Shown one piece after another: positions 8,384 to 17,944 of a stretch of 64,000 nt of DNA. The stretch is from the NCBI GenBank assembly GCA_009778965.1, contig WRFE01000003.1, forward strand, positions 2,585 to 66,584. The letters run 5' to 3'. This DNA comes from Candidatus Endomicrobium labiotermitis. Its GTDB lineage: Bacteria; Elusimicrobiota; Endomicrobiia; Endomicrobiales; Endomicrobiaceae. The translations under genes were made by a program, and so were the position numbers. The notes under the pieces are model-generated. The model was not told where the DNA came from, did not search any database, and saw nothing but the letters and a program-made list of their open reading frames with translations. Each line of letters begins with the position of its first letter. The stretch's first letter is position 1.

Positions 8384-8848
8384 ATGATGAAAAAAACAGC
8401 GTTGGTGATGGCAGTAATGTTCGCTCTTAGCAGCATAGGTTTCGCAGGCGGAATGAAAGGCGAAGGAAAAGGCAAACAAATGGACCCCGAACAGAAAGCT
8501 AAAATGGAAGCAAAAAAAGCAGAGAAAGCGGAATACTTTAAAAACCTGGAAGTTCTTATAGAAAAGTATAATAACGCCGCCGAAAAAGATAAAGCCGCGA
8601 TAAAGAAAGAAGTTACTAATCTTGTAACAAAACAACAAGACAAAAGAATCGCATCAAAAAAAGATGAAGTCAGTAAACTTGAAAAGAACAAAACTGCCGA
8701 CATAAACAAAAAAGTAGAATTTTTGCTTAGCGAAGAAGGACAAGCGAAAATGCAGAAGATGAAAGAAAAAGGAAACAAAGAAGGTAAAGGCGAATTCAAG
8801 AAAGGCAAAGGCGGCAAAAAAGATTTTAAGAAAAATAAAGCTGAATAA
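8384..8848 (+). CDS. Secreted Lys/Glu-rich helical protein, paralog B, 154 aa
   Basis: Signal peptide; shares GKGKQMDPEQKAK, EYFKNLEV and INKKVEFLLS with paralog A; upstream ~90 nt also duplicated. Confidence 0.8.
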   Translation: MMKKTALVMAVMFALSSIGFAGGMKGEGKGKQMDPEQKAKMEAKKAEKAEYFKNLEVLIEKYNNAAEKDKAAIKKEVTNLVTKQQDKRIASKKDEVSKLEKNKTADINKKVEFLLSEEGQAKMQKMKEKGNKEGKGEFKKGKGGKKDFKKNKAE

Positions 8849-8870
8849 CCTTTAAAGTTAAAATAGAAAT

Positions 8871-8907
8871 CCCCGCCGGCAAATTAAGCTGCCGGCGGGG
8901 GTATTTT
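8871..8907 (+). terminator. Intrinsic terminator
   Basis: ccccgccggca / tgccggcgggg followed by a T-rich tail. Confidence 0.8.
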
Positions 8908-8939
8908 ATTTGTTTACAAATGGTTGTATTGCTTTTAGC

Positions 8940-9088
8940 GTCATTGCGATGAGCAACGAAAGTTGCGAAGAAGCAATCCATTGTTACTCACATACCCCGT
9001 CGGCTTTTGCCGACACCCCTTTATCTTAAAGGGGAATAACGGCGGAAGACAACGCGGATTGCTTCGTCATTTTATTCCTCGCAATGAC
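8940..9088. repeat. Paired REP (REPIN-like) element
   Basis: gtcattgcg...gcaatc 8940-8978 facing gattgc...cgcaatgac 9057-9088. Confidence 0.75.
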
Positions 9089-9111
9089 ATCCGAGGAGAT
9101 ATCTTGCGATA

Positions 9112-9489
9112 TTATTCTGCTTCTAATGACTTTTTTAATTTTATTTCTGTTAAAAGTTTAGCTAATTCTTCGAAAAAAATCGGCTTTTGCATATATCCCG
9201 CAGCGCCGAGTTCTTTTGCGTTTTCTTCCGTAAAGACCGATCCTGAACCTGTCATAAAATAAATATCAACATCCGCGTTAAGCTCTTTAAAATACGGAAA
9301 TAAATGATCGCCGTCCAAATCAGGAAGCATCAGATCTAAAAAAATAACGTCCGGCTTTTCGTTTTTACAAATTTCAAGCGCTTCTTTAGCCGTGCCCGCA
9401 AGAAAAACAGAAAAACCTTCTCTTTGCATAAATCTTGCTATGCTTTCTCTGGCAAAAACTTCATCATCAACTAACATAATTTTAATCAT
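9112..9489 (-). CDS. Single-domain response regulator (receiver), 125 aa
   Basis: MLVDDE, FLDLMLP (phospho-Asp), MTG and QKP motifs. Confidence 0.92.
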   Translation of the reverse strand: MIKIMLVDDEVFARESIARFMQREGFSVFLAGTAKEALEICKNEKPDVIFLDLMLPDLDGDHLFPYFKELNADVDIYFMTGSGSVFTEENAKELGAAGYMQKPIFFEELAKLLTEIKLKKSLEAE

Positions 9490-9553
9490 AACAAGATTTT
9501 ATCAAAAATAATTCCAAATATAAAGTTGTTAAGAGAGCATAAAATTCCATTTT

Positions 9554-9636
9554 GTCACCCTGAGCGAAACCGAAGGACCTGCCGTTAAAAAGCAGATGTT
9601 TCGGCTGCGCAACTGCGTTGCTCCGCTCAACATGAC
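9554..9636. repeat. Paired REP element in the divergent promoter region
   Basis: gtcaccctgagcgaaaccgaaggacc ... gatgtttcggctgcg...ctcaacatgac. Confidence 0.7.
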
Positions 9637-9650
9637 AACGCAAACATTCA

Positions 9651-9679
9651 TTGTAAAATATATATTATTTTGGTATTAT
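9651..9679 (+). promoter_or_regulatory. sigma70 promoter for the ALDH-kinase operon
   Basis: TTGTAA-17-TATTAT with TGn extension; RBS aaggagg before GTG at 9724. Confidence 0.6.
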
Positions 9680-9723
9680 CTCTCAATACAAATTATTCTG
9701 ATAAAAACGGCGAAGGAGGCTAG

Positions 9724-11328
9724 GTGATTAATAAGAAGATTAATCAATTTAACCTTTTTGTTGACGGAAAAGAAGTTGACACCGGCGTTTATGATTACAC
9801 TCCCTATTCAGATAAATTTATAACAGAATTCAAAAACACATACCGCATAATTACAAAATTAAAAAAAGACGAAATACCCGATAATGCAGACGAATATATC
9901 TATGCCCGCTACTGCGTAGGCGATGATTCTTTAAATTTAAAAGCTATAGACGCCGCGCATCGCGCCGCAAAAGAGTTTGGATCTTTTCCGGTTTCAAAAA
10001 GAAGAAAGATTATGCATGATATTCATGATAATCTTGAAAAAAACAAAGATAAGTTTATTAAAATGCTGCAAATAGAAGGTCATCCCATGAGCCTTGCTGA
10101 ATGGGAATACAGAGGAATGGAACTGATTTTTTCCGAGAAATCGGCAAAATTTTATGCCGACGAACTTTGGCGCGAAGTAACCCGTTTTAGAAACGAAACG
10201 CTTTATTTCGCAAGACGACCCGACGGAGTAGTTTGCATATCTTCCCCAAAAAACGCGTCGGCAAGCAATTCCAGCCTCGGGATTCACGCGCTGCTTAGCG
10301 GCAATACCTTAATAATAAAACCTCCTTTAAAAGCTCCGGTTTCCACTATATTTCTTTGGAAAGACATAATAAACCCCATGCTTGAAAAAAACGGCGCTCC
10401 CGCAGGCGCTATAAATATAGTCGTAGGAAATTCCAAAAGGATTATGGAGCAATGGCTGGCGTCGCCAAAAGTAAACGACGTATTGTTTTTCGGCGAAAGC
10501 GACGCGGGTCTTGAGATAGGCAGACAATGTTATAATGCCGGCAAAAAACCCATACTTGAACTTTCGGGCAGCGACCCGTTAATAGTATGGAAAGACTGCG
10601 ACGTTGACGACGCTGCAGATTCGGCCATGGACGCTTTTTTAGGCTCCACGCAGATTTGCATGGTACCGAAAAAGTTTATAGTGCACGAAGACATTTATGA
10701 TACTTTTGTGGATATAATGAAAGAAAAGATATCGAAAATAGTTTACGGACTGCCGTCGCAGCCTAACGTAATACTTTCTCCGGTAGTTAAAACCGACACT
10801 TTTGAAGAGTATTTTAAAGAAGCGCTGAGTAAAGGCGCAAAACTTTTATGCGGCGGAGCAAGAATAAATTATGACAATACGCTTAATCCGAAAGGGGCGT
10901 ATGTACGGCCTACCCTTATACAAATCGATGATGAACTGGATCCTTATTCTTTTTCCTGCGTTAAAAATGAGAGCTTTTTTCCGCTTATTCCCGTTATAAA
11001 AGTTAAGTCTTCAAAACCCGGAGCCGAAAAAGACAAGGAAATCTTTTCCAAAATGATAGATCTGGTTGACCAGAATGAATTCGGCTTAAGAATTTCCGCC
11101 TGGATAAAATCATACGTATATATAAGGCAGTTTATAAAATATCTTTCCAATTCCGGTCTTTTGAGAATAAACGCCAAACACGTTGAAGTTTCGGAATGTC
11201 TTGCCAGCCACGGCGGAACAAGAAAAACCAGCGGACCATTCGGCGAAATGAATTACATGTGGCTTAAAACCACTCATCTTCAAGGAATAACATTAGCAAG
11301 AGAAAGACGCAAAAACAGAAGAGACTGA
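9724..11328 (+). CDS. Divergent aldehyde dehydrogenase-superfamily protein, 534 aa
   Basis: SPKNAS (catalytic Asn), KPPLKAP, FFGESDAG, ELSGSDP (Glu), STQICMVP (Cys), NESFFP. Confidence 0.85.
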   Translation: MINKKINQFNLFVDGKEVDTGVYDYTPYSDKFITEFKNTYRIITKLKKDEIPDNADEYIYARYCVGDDSLNLKAIDAAHRAAKEFGSFPVSKRRKIMHDIHDNLEKNKDKFIKMLQIEGHPMSLAEWEYRGMELIFSEKSAKFYADELWREVTRFRNETLYFARRPDGVVCISSPKNASASNSSLGIHALLSGNTLIIKPPLKAPVSTIFLWKDIINPMLEKNGAPAGAINIVVGNSKRIMEQWLASPKVNDVLFFGESDAGLEIGRQCYNAGKKPILELSGSDPLIVWKDCDVDDAADSAMDAFLGSTQICMVPKKFIVHEDIYDTFVDIMKEKISKIVYGLPSQPNVILSPVVKTDTFEEYFKEALSKGAKLLCGGARINYDNTLNPKGAYVRPTLIQIDDELDPYSFSCVKNESFFPLIPVIKVKSSKPGAEKDKEIFSKMIDLVDQNEFGLRISAWIKSYVYIRQFIKYLSNSGLLRINAKHVEVSECLASHGGTRKTSGPFGEMNYMWLKTTHLQGITLARERRKNRRD

Positions 11329-11370
11329 TTTTGTTTATAAATATACCTATAAAAAGGATTCTTTAGACCG

Positions 11371-13548
11371 ATGTTTTCGCTTTCTAATTATTTTTTTAAT
11401 ATATACGCAATCCCGCCTCTTATAACAGCTTTTTTTGTTATTTTCATAACAATTAAAATGCTCGCCAATTGGGACAGATCCGACGCGATAAAGTATTTTG
11501 TGCTTTTTTGCTGTTCGCTTATTCTATGGCTGCTCGGCTTTTCAATGATGTACTTTTCGGCGAATCCCGATATTGCTTTCTTTTGGGCAAGAGTCGGATT
11601 TTTGGGAGTAACTTTCATTCCGGTTCTGGCTTTAATGTTCGTTTACGCTCAAGTCGGAACAAAAAAAATAAAAAGCAGCATATGGTATTTTGTCGCTTTC
11701 GCAGTTGTATGCTTAATCATTAACTGGTCAACCACTTTAATTTATAACGGCGTTAAACTTCATTTTTGGGGTTATTATCCTATAGCCGGCAAGCTTTACA
11801 TAATATTTTTGCTTATGTTTGTCGTTCTTTTCTCAATGTGCTCCTTTATTCTTTTTAAATCGGCTTTTAATTATTCGCTTCCTGCCGCGCAAAGACGCCA
11901 GATAGTTTATGTTTTTACGGCCTTTACCATATGCTTGCTCGGGGTTGTAGATTATATCGCCAAATATGAAGGCATAGAACTGTATCCTTTCGGTTATATA
12001 CTGATTGTTTTTTTCATAACTTTAATAAGTTTTGCGATAATAAAATATAATCTGCTTGACGTAGAGCTTGTTTTAGCCAGAACAGGACTGTATTTGCTGT
12101 TATATACCATTTTATTCGGCATTCCGGTTTTGATCGGGGTCAAAACCGGCAACTGGAAATTAGCTACTTTTATAGCCGTTATATTTGCGTCAATAGGAAC
12201 CATGGTTTTTAACGGCATACAAAAGAAAACCGAAAATCTGATGCTTGCGGAACAGCGTTCGTACCAGAATATTTTACTGCAGGCTGCCGCCGGGATGATG
12301 CAGCGCCACGACCTTAAAAAGCTTTTAAAAATAGTAGTTCATCTGGTAAAACGGTCGGTTAAAATAAAATTCGCTGCAATTTATCTTCTGGACGACGACG
12401 CGAAAGAATATAGAATAGTATCTTTCAGAGCTGATGACCGTCAGCATATTTTCAAAAATGCCCCTCCGGTTTTCTCGGACTCGCCTTTTGTTGAATTCAC
12501 AAAATCAAAAGAAATGCCTTTTGTTTATGAAGAAATTCCCGAAGCCGTTAAAAAGAAAATCCATTTTGATTTCAGAATAGGTCTTATAGTGCCGACTTTC
12601 GCGCTAAAAGAAGTAAACGGCTTTTTGCTGCTTGGTGAAAAAAACAACCACAAACCGTATTCCAAAGACGACATTAACATATTCAATATTCTTGCCTCCC
12701 AAACGGCAATGGCAATAGAAAACTGTATGTTTATCGAAGAATTTAAAAAAGCTCAGGAAAAAGTTTTTTCCGCGGAAAAGCTTGCTTCAATCGGCGGGCT
12801 TGCCGAAGGCGTAGCGCATCAAATTAACAACAGGCTTAACCATTTCTCCGTAATAGCCGGCGAAATGTACTATGAATTGGAAGAATTTAAAAATAAAATG
12901 ACGCCGCTTGTAAGCGACCAGAAAACTTTTTCCGAATCAATAAAATATTTTTATGACCTTTCGCATTCGCTTTCCGATAATGTAAAACGCACTAGCGCCA
13001 TAATAAAAGGCATTTTAAATTATGCGAGAGTTGAAGCAAGTGAAACGCAGTATAAAGAATTTGAACTTAAAGAAGTCGTTGAACTTTCAATAGATTTGCT
13101 TAAAGTCAAACATCACATAAAAGCAGAATCGCTTGTTGATTATTCCTCGGTCGGAAATAAAACGATATTCGGCATAAAATCGCTTATTATGGAATCGGTC
13201 TATAATCTTGTTGATAACGGCTATGAAGCAACGCTTGAAATGAAAGATTATGTGTCAAAACATAATCCCAGTATTAAGTATAATCCTAAAATAACCATTA
13301 TTCTTAATGATAATCCGGATTCAAGCGAAATAATAGTCGCGGATAACGGAATAGGAATAAAACCTGAAAATTTCAAGAAAACTTTCGCGCCGTTTTTTAC
13401 TACTAAATCTTCATATAAATCCGGCTCGGGAATAGGAATGTATGTCGTAAAAAGAATGATAGAAGAAATGCATAAAGGAAGTATTTGGATTGAATCCGAA
13501 TACTTGCAGGGAACAAAGATATATATTAATTTGCCTAAACCATCCTAA
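11371..13548 (+). CDS. Sensor histidine kinase: N-terminal 7TM sensor region, GAF-like domain, HisKA, HATPase; 725 aa
   Basis: About 7-9 hydrophobic helices; H-box VAHQINNRL; N-box NLVDNG; DNGIGI, PFFTTK, GSGIGM. Confidence 0.92.
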   Translation: MFSLSNYFFNIYAIPPLITAFFVIFITIKMLANWDRSDAIKYFVLFCCSLILWLLGFSMMYFSANPDIAFFWARVGFLGVTFIPVLALMFVYAQVGTKKIKSSIWYFVAFAVVCLIINWSTTLIYNGVKLHFWGYYPIAGKLYIIFLLMFVVLFSMCSFILFKSAFNYSLPAAQRRQIVYVFTAFTICLLGVVDYIAKYEGIELYPFGYILIVFFITLISFAIIKYNLLDVELVLARTGLYLLLYTILFGIPVLIGVKTGNWKLATFIAVIFASIGTMVFNGIQKKTENLMLAEQRSYQNILLQAAAGMMQRHDLKKLLKIVVHLVKRSVKIKFAAIYLLDDDAKEYRIVSFRADDRQHIFKNAPPVFSDSPFVEFTKSKEMPFVYEEIPEAVKKKIHFDFRIGLIVPTFALKEVNGFLLLGEKNNHKPYSKDDINIFNILASQTAMAIENCMFIEEFKKAQEKVFSAEKLASIGGLAEGVAHQINNRLNHFSVIAGEMYYELEEFKNKMTPLVSDQKTFSESIKYFYDLSHSLSDNVKRTSAIIKGILNYARVEASETQYKEFELKEVVELSIDLLKVKHHIKAESLVDYSSVGNKTIFGIKSLIMESVYNLVDNGYEATLEMKDYVSKHNPSIKYNPKITIILNDNPDSSEIIVADNGIGIKPENFKKTFAPFFTTKSSYKSGSGIGMYVVKRMIEEMHKGSIWIESEYLQGTKIYINLPKPS

Positions 13549-13592
13549 AAATGTACATTATATAGACATTCTCTATTTTGAGGCAGGAATTT

Positions 13593-13937
13593 ATGACTAA
13601 AGCAAAAAAAGTTTTGATTGTAGAAGATGATATTTTTATGCGACGCTTTCTCACGCGTTTCGGAGTAGAAAACGACGTGGCAAAAGACGGCGAAACCGCT
13701 CTTGAATTGTTAAAAGACAATTCTTATGACTGCGTTTTTCTAGATTTAAACTTAGGGACCGGAATAAGCGGTTTTGAAGTTTTAAAAAACATTAAATCGG
13801 ACAAACCTAAAACAGCGGTTATAATAATATCAGGCAGCGACGCGAAAGATGAAACAATCAGCATGGGAGCCGACTATTTTCTGGCAAAACCCATAGATTT
13901 GATTGAACTTAAACAAGTAGTAGAACATTATTTGTAA
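13593..13937 (+). CDS. Single-domain response regulator (receiver)
   Basis: VLIVEDD, FLDLNL, ISG and AKP motifs; start moved to the ATG at 13593. Confidence 0.9.
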   Translation: MTKAKKVLIVEDDIFMRRFLTRFGVENDVAKDGETALELLKDNSYDCVFLDLNLGTGISGFEVLKNIKSDKPKTAVIIISGSDAKDETISMGADYFLAKPIDLIELKQVVEHYL

Positions 13938-13970
13938 CCGACAAAAGCAGGTTGTACTTCCGCTCTTTTG

Positions 13971-14290
13971 TCATCCTCGAAATTTCCCCGATTACGAATT
14001 TCGAGGACATGATCCATCGGGATCCATTTTAACTATTATAGTCGTTGTACCCTCACCTTAATCCTCTCCCTGACAAGGGAGAGGATAGTTTTTTCGTCAT
14101 TGCGGACTTGATCCGCAATCTATACCTTTAATAAAAACCCCGCCTGCAAAATAAATTGCAGGCGGGGGTTTTCTTTGCTTATTTCTATAATGTTTTTTCG
14201 TCTTTGTCTGTCATACTGAGGCAGCTTTATTGCCGAATGTATCCAGTAGTTAAAGGTATGGATTCTTCACCCTGCGGGATTCAGAATGAC
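13971..14290. repeat. Composite repeat cluster with a bidirectional terminator (14133-14172)
   Basis: REPs at 13971-14026, 14096-14120 and 14210-14290; 14050-14085 is a copy of 4631-4663; 17-bp stem aaaaaccccgcctgcaa / ttgcaggcggggttttt. Confidence 0.8.
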
Positions 14291-14320
14291 AAACATTACC
14301 GGCAATCAAGAAATCGTAAT

Positions 14321-14821
14321 TTATTCCGTTATTTTAAAACCTTCCGGAAAATCGGATTGGGGAAAACTCTTCCATGTTTGGGTTCTGCTAAAAGGTCCAA
14401 GCTTGCCGCGGACTTTTAACTCTCCGTTTTCAAGCCAGATTTCAGCTTTATACGGGTCACCGCCTTTGTTTGGGTCTACAATCGTTCCTCCGGAATATTT
14501 TCCGCTTTTGTCTAAACGCAAATCTTTTATAATAACTAATCCGGCAAAAGGCTGATTGTCCATTTTAGGAGCAACTCTTTCTTTATTCGCGACAAAATTC
14601 CCTTCCTCGTCTTTAACAATATCTAGTTTTCCATCAGTATAAACGGCTATAATTTTCGCAAAAACCGCGCCGTCTTTTTCGTAAACAGACACTATGCTTT
14701 TAGGCTCTTTTGTTTTGTCATCAATTGTCTGCCAGAAACCAGTTACGGAATTACCGCTTTGCGCAAAACATACTGCTGCCGTAAAAAAACAAAATGCTAA
14801 AACTGCCATAAATCTTTTCAT
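14321..14821 (-). CDS. DUF2147-family exported protein, 166 aa
   Basis: Signal peptide; GFWQTIDD...GTIVDP..G..YKAEIW...LKVRGKLG..SRTQTW. Confidence 0.85.
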   Translation of the reverse strand: MKRFMAVLAFCFFTAAVCFAQSGNSVTGFWQTIDDKTKEPKSIVSVYEKDGAVFAKIIAVYTDGKLDIVKDEEGNFVANKERVAPKMDNQPFAGLVIIKDLRLDKSGKYSGGTIVDPNKGGDPYKAEIWLENGELKVRGKLGPFSRTQTWKSFPQSDFPEGFKITE

Positions 14822-15387
14822 TTAATCTCCTTATACACAAAACAGTCCGTAAGATGATCATTAACCATACCTGCTGCCTGCATAAACGCGTAAATTATGG
14901 TTGAACCGACAAATTTAAAACCCATTTTTTTCAAATCTTTGCTTATTTTATCGGAAATCGGAGTGGTTGCGGGGATATCTTTAAGTTTTTTCCGATGATT
15001 TATAATAGGCTTATAATCCACATATCCCCAGATAAACTTATCAAAACTCCCGTATTTTTTCACAATTTCCAAAAATAACTTTGCATTAGTAACAGCCGAG
15101 TTAATTTTCAGACGGTTTCTTATTATTCCGGGATTTGCCATAAGCTTTTCTATTTTTGCATCGCTGTAACGGGCTACTTTTTTAGGATCAAACCCGTCAA
15201 AAGCTTTCCTGTACGCTTCTCTCTTCTTAAGCACGGTTATCCACGAAAGCCCTGCCTGAGCGCCGTCTAAAATCAACATTTCAAATAGATGGCGGTCATC
15301 ATGTACAGGCCGCCCCCACTCATTGTCATGATAGTCTATGTATATGGGAATATCTCCCGGCCAAGGACATCTGATTTTTTCTTTCAT
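14818..15387 (-). CDS. tag: DNA-3-methyladenine glycosylase I
   Basis: RCPW, YHDNEWG, LDGAQAGLSW, IIRNRLKI, FKFVGSTI and NDHLTDC motifs; RBS ggagg before 15387. Confidence 0.95.
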   Translation of the reverse strand: MKEKIRCPWPGDIPIYIDYHDNEWGRPVHDDRHLFEMLILDGAQAGLSWITVLKKREAYRKAFDGFDPKKVARYSDAKIEKLMANPGIIRNRLKINSAVTNAKLFLEIVKKYGSFDKFIWGYVDYKPIINHRKKLKDIPATTPISDKISKDLKKMGFKFVGSTIIYAFMQAAGMVNDHLTDCFVYKEIK

Positions 15388-15474
15388 AAAGCCTCCTGCT
15401 ACATTATACAAAATTCAGTTGGTCACAAATTGTGACCTCAAGTCAGCATATTCGCTTTTTGTAATTGCCAATGT

Positions 15475-15720
15475 TTATATATTTTTCTCTTTGTGCGCTG
15501 TAATTATTGTAAAACTATACGCATTAACGGTTATCACGGAATTATCGACTTGCACATACCAATTCTTCCCTTTTCTGTTTATATTACTTGCTTTCTTGAT
15601 TTTACGCTTGCACCATGTCACAACATCATCAGTATCTAAGCCTAAATTATTTTTAATTCGCTCAATCCCTAATTCAGTTGTATGTATTTTATCAAGATTG
15701 TCTAATAAACTATTATTCAT
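15475..15720 (-). CDS. Small DUF3781-like protein, 81 aa
   Basis: IHTTELGIERIKNNL...RKGKNWYV...ITVNAYSFTIITAH; RBS gagg. Confidence 0.75.
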   Translation of the reverse strand: MNNSLLDNLDKIHTTELGIERIKNNLGLDTDDVVTWCKRKIKKASNINRKGKNWYVQVDNSVITVNAYSFTIITAHKEKNI

Positions 15721-15835
15721 TTCACCCTCGTTTCTTGTTTTTCGTCAATTGTGTCGACAATGTCGACACAATTTAAAATCTTTAAATTGTCATACCAGTG
15801 GGACGACAATTATGTAATCCAAATTTTTTCAAAAT

Positions 15836-16672
15836 CTATTTTGATTGTTTCAGCTTTTTTCTCTTTTCGGTTTCGATTTGTTTGATACCTTTTTCAGTCC
15901 TTGGCAAATCTTCAGGCATTGTCCCGCCAAGTTCTTTAATAGTTTGCCTTACTTTTTTGCCAACCTCGTGATGAGTGCAATTTGCCTGATTTTTGCCTTT
16001 AATATCTTCTCTTTTTAATTTTTCTTCAGTCTGTGTAGCTCTAAATAAATTAGCGGCAAGTTCCGTACTTCCCATATAATCTAATATTTCCTGGCTTTTC
16101 TTTAAATCTTTTCTTTTGTGAATATCTTTACGCCCGAGTCCGCCGTAAAGCCCTTTATAGCCATAATCTTGAAATATTGCATAATCCAATGGCAACTCAA
16201 CACCTGCTTCTTTTGCCGCTGCCGCAAGTTTTTTATTATGAAACTTCATTTCGTTCCTTAACAACAAACGCTTTTCATTTTCGGTTATTTCCATATTCCT
16301 ATCCGATAATTCCTGTCGGCGCGTTTGTATGGCAAAATAAGTTTGACCTATCGAAACAAGCGGTTTTGCCGGATCCGCATTTTGAATAATCAAATAACAT
16401 GCATAACGAGATAAAGCAAAATCTTTAACTTTTCTGTTTGCACCCTTTGCTAAATTTATCATTTTGTTGATTTCAACAAAATGATAAGCCTCGTCGGCAC
16501 CAACTGTTTTTGATGAAATAACAGCTTTGTTCAAAACATTTTCAAAATTGCGCCACTCATCATAACCTAATAGTTTTGATAAATCTCTTGCATACCATCT
16601 TTCAATATCGTTTTCATCAATAAATTTAATTTCCTCAAATGGACTTTTGTTTTTTATTGTAATTTCCGTCAT
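15836..16672 (-). CDS. dinD: DNA damage-inducible protein D (BRO-N domain), 278 aa
   Basis: WYARDL..LLGY..W, LSRYACYLI.QNADP, QTYFAIQTRRQE, ELAANLFRATQTEEKL. Confidence 0.9.
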   Translation of the reverse strand: MTEITIKNKSPFEEIKFIDENDIERWYARDLSKLLGYDEWRNFENVLNKAVISSKTVGADEAYHFVEINKMINLAKGANRKVKDFALSRYACYLIIQNADPAKPLVSIGQTYFAIQTRRQELSDRNMEITENEKRLLLRNEMKFHNKKLAAAAKEAGVELPLDYAIFQDYGYKGLYGGLGRKDIHKRKDLKKSQEILDYMGSTELAANLFRATQTEEKLKREDIKGKNQANCTHHEVGKKVRQTIKELGGTMPEDLPRTEKGIKQIETEKRKKLKQSK

Positions 16673-16720
16673 TTTTACACCTCTATATCAATTTTATTAG
16701 CTTAACATCTTGTATAACAC

Positions 16721-16750
16721 ATTATAGAATACATCTGTATTCCGCGTCAA
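16721..16750 (-). promoter_or_regulatory. dinD promoter TTGACG-18-TATAAT with a perfect palindromic operator in the spacer
   Basis: GAATACA-TC-TGTATTC at 16727-16742. Confidence 0.7.
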
Positions 16751-16920
16751 GTAGCATACAATTCCTTTAATCACGTAAAAAAGGATTTAATAAAAATTTT
16801 GCCCCAGGCTTGTATAATAAAAGCTTATTGAATTTTATCAAACATAAGTTATATAATAATTAAACAATATTGATTGTTCTTTGATATTAAAAATTTACTT
16901 CTTATTAGCAATGAGCCTTG

Positions 16921-17880
16921 GTTCCCATTGCGCGTTGTGGAGTAAGGAAACGGTTTAAGTGGAGCAAATATAACTGGTGGACAAGAGTTCCCATTGCGCG
17001 TTGTGGAGTAAGGAAACGGTTTGCAGACAGAATATACAGTACCACAACTGATGTTCCCATTGCGCGTTGTGGAGTAAGGAAACGGTTTATAAGAACAAAT
17101 CTTCAACATATTCCAGAAGTTCCCATTGCGCGTTGTGGAGTAAGGAAACGGTTTTATATGAAGTCAGGAATAGCAGGCTCGTTAGTTCCCATTGCGCGTT
17201 GTGGAGTAAGGAAACGGTTTAGTGAACGGCACGAAGCTGTTGACGGATTCGTTCCCATTGCGCGTTGTGGAGTAAGGAAACGGTTTTTGTTTTAGTATAG
17301 CACAGTGTGATAATCCGTTCCCATTGCGCGTTGTGGAGTAAGGAAACGGTTTTGGGTATATAGAATATGAAGGTAAAAAGTAGTTCCCATTGCGCGTTGT
17401 GGAGTAAGGAAACGGTTTACAAAATTTGCGCGAGCCGTACGCAGCGCAGTTCCCATTGCGCGTTGTGGAGTAAGGAAACGGTTTGCCAACAAATCAGTGG
17501 AAACCAGAATACTTGTTCCCATTGCGCGTTGTGGAGTAAGGAAACGGTTTTTTATAAAAAATACAAAAATTGACAAAATAGTTCCCATTGCGCGTTGTGG
17601 AGTAAGGAAACGGTTTAAGAGAAGCGATCAGAACAGCGTTGGGTATGTTCCCATTGCGCGTTGTGGAGTAAGGAAACGGTTTATTGAGAAACATATTCCT
17701 GTAGCAAAAGCAGTTCCCATTGCGCGTTGTGGAGTAAGGAAACGGTTTAGCGCGCGCTCGGAAACACGGCGATTCTCGGTTCCCATTGCGCGTTGTGGAG
17801 TAAGGAAACGGTTTAAAACCAAAATCATCCACCCATGTGTCATAGTTCCCATTGCGCGTTGTGGAGTAAGGAAACGGTTT
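16921..17880 (+). CRISPR. CRISPR array: 15 repeats of 36 nt, 14 spacers of 30 nt
   Basis: Repeat GTTCCCATTGCGCGTTGTGGAGTAAGGAAACGGTTT with strict 66-nt period; repeats appear identical; strand inferred from tracrRNA pairing. Confidence 0.99.
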
Positions 17881-17944
17881 CTATCTTTAAAAAAGCCTTT
17901 ATAAATAAAGATTTTTTTAAAGATAATTACAAAAACTTCACAAG

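Noticed and set aside
16957-17844. Self-targeting CRISPR spacers
   Set aside because: No match to this window noticed by eye. This is not an exhaustive search; BLAST against the full genome and phage databases is needed.
16849-17904. Several ORFs with repeating VPIARCGVRKRF / KPFPYSTTRNGN peptides
   Set aside because: Translations of the 66-nt CRISPR period, not genes
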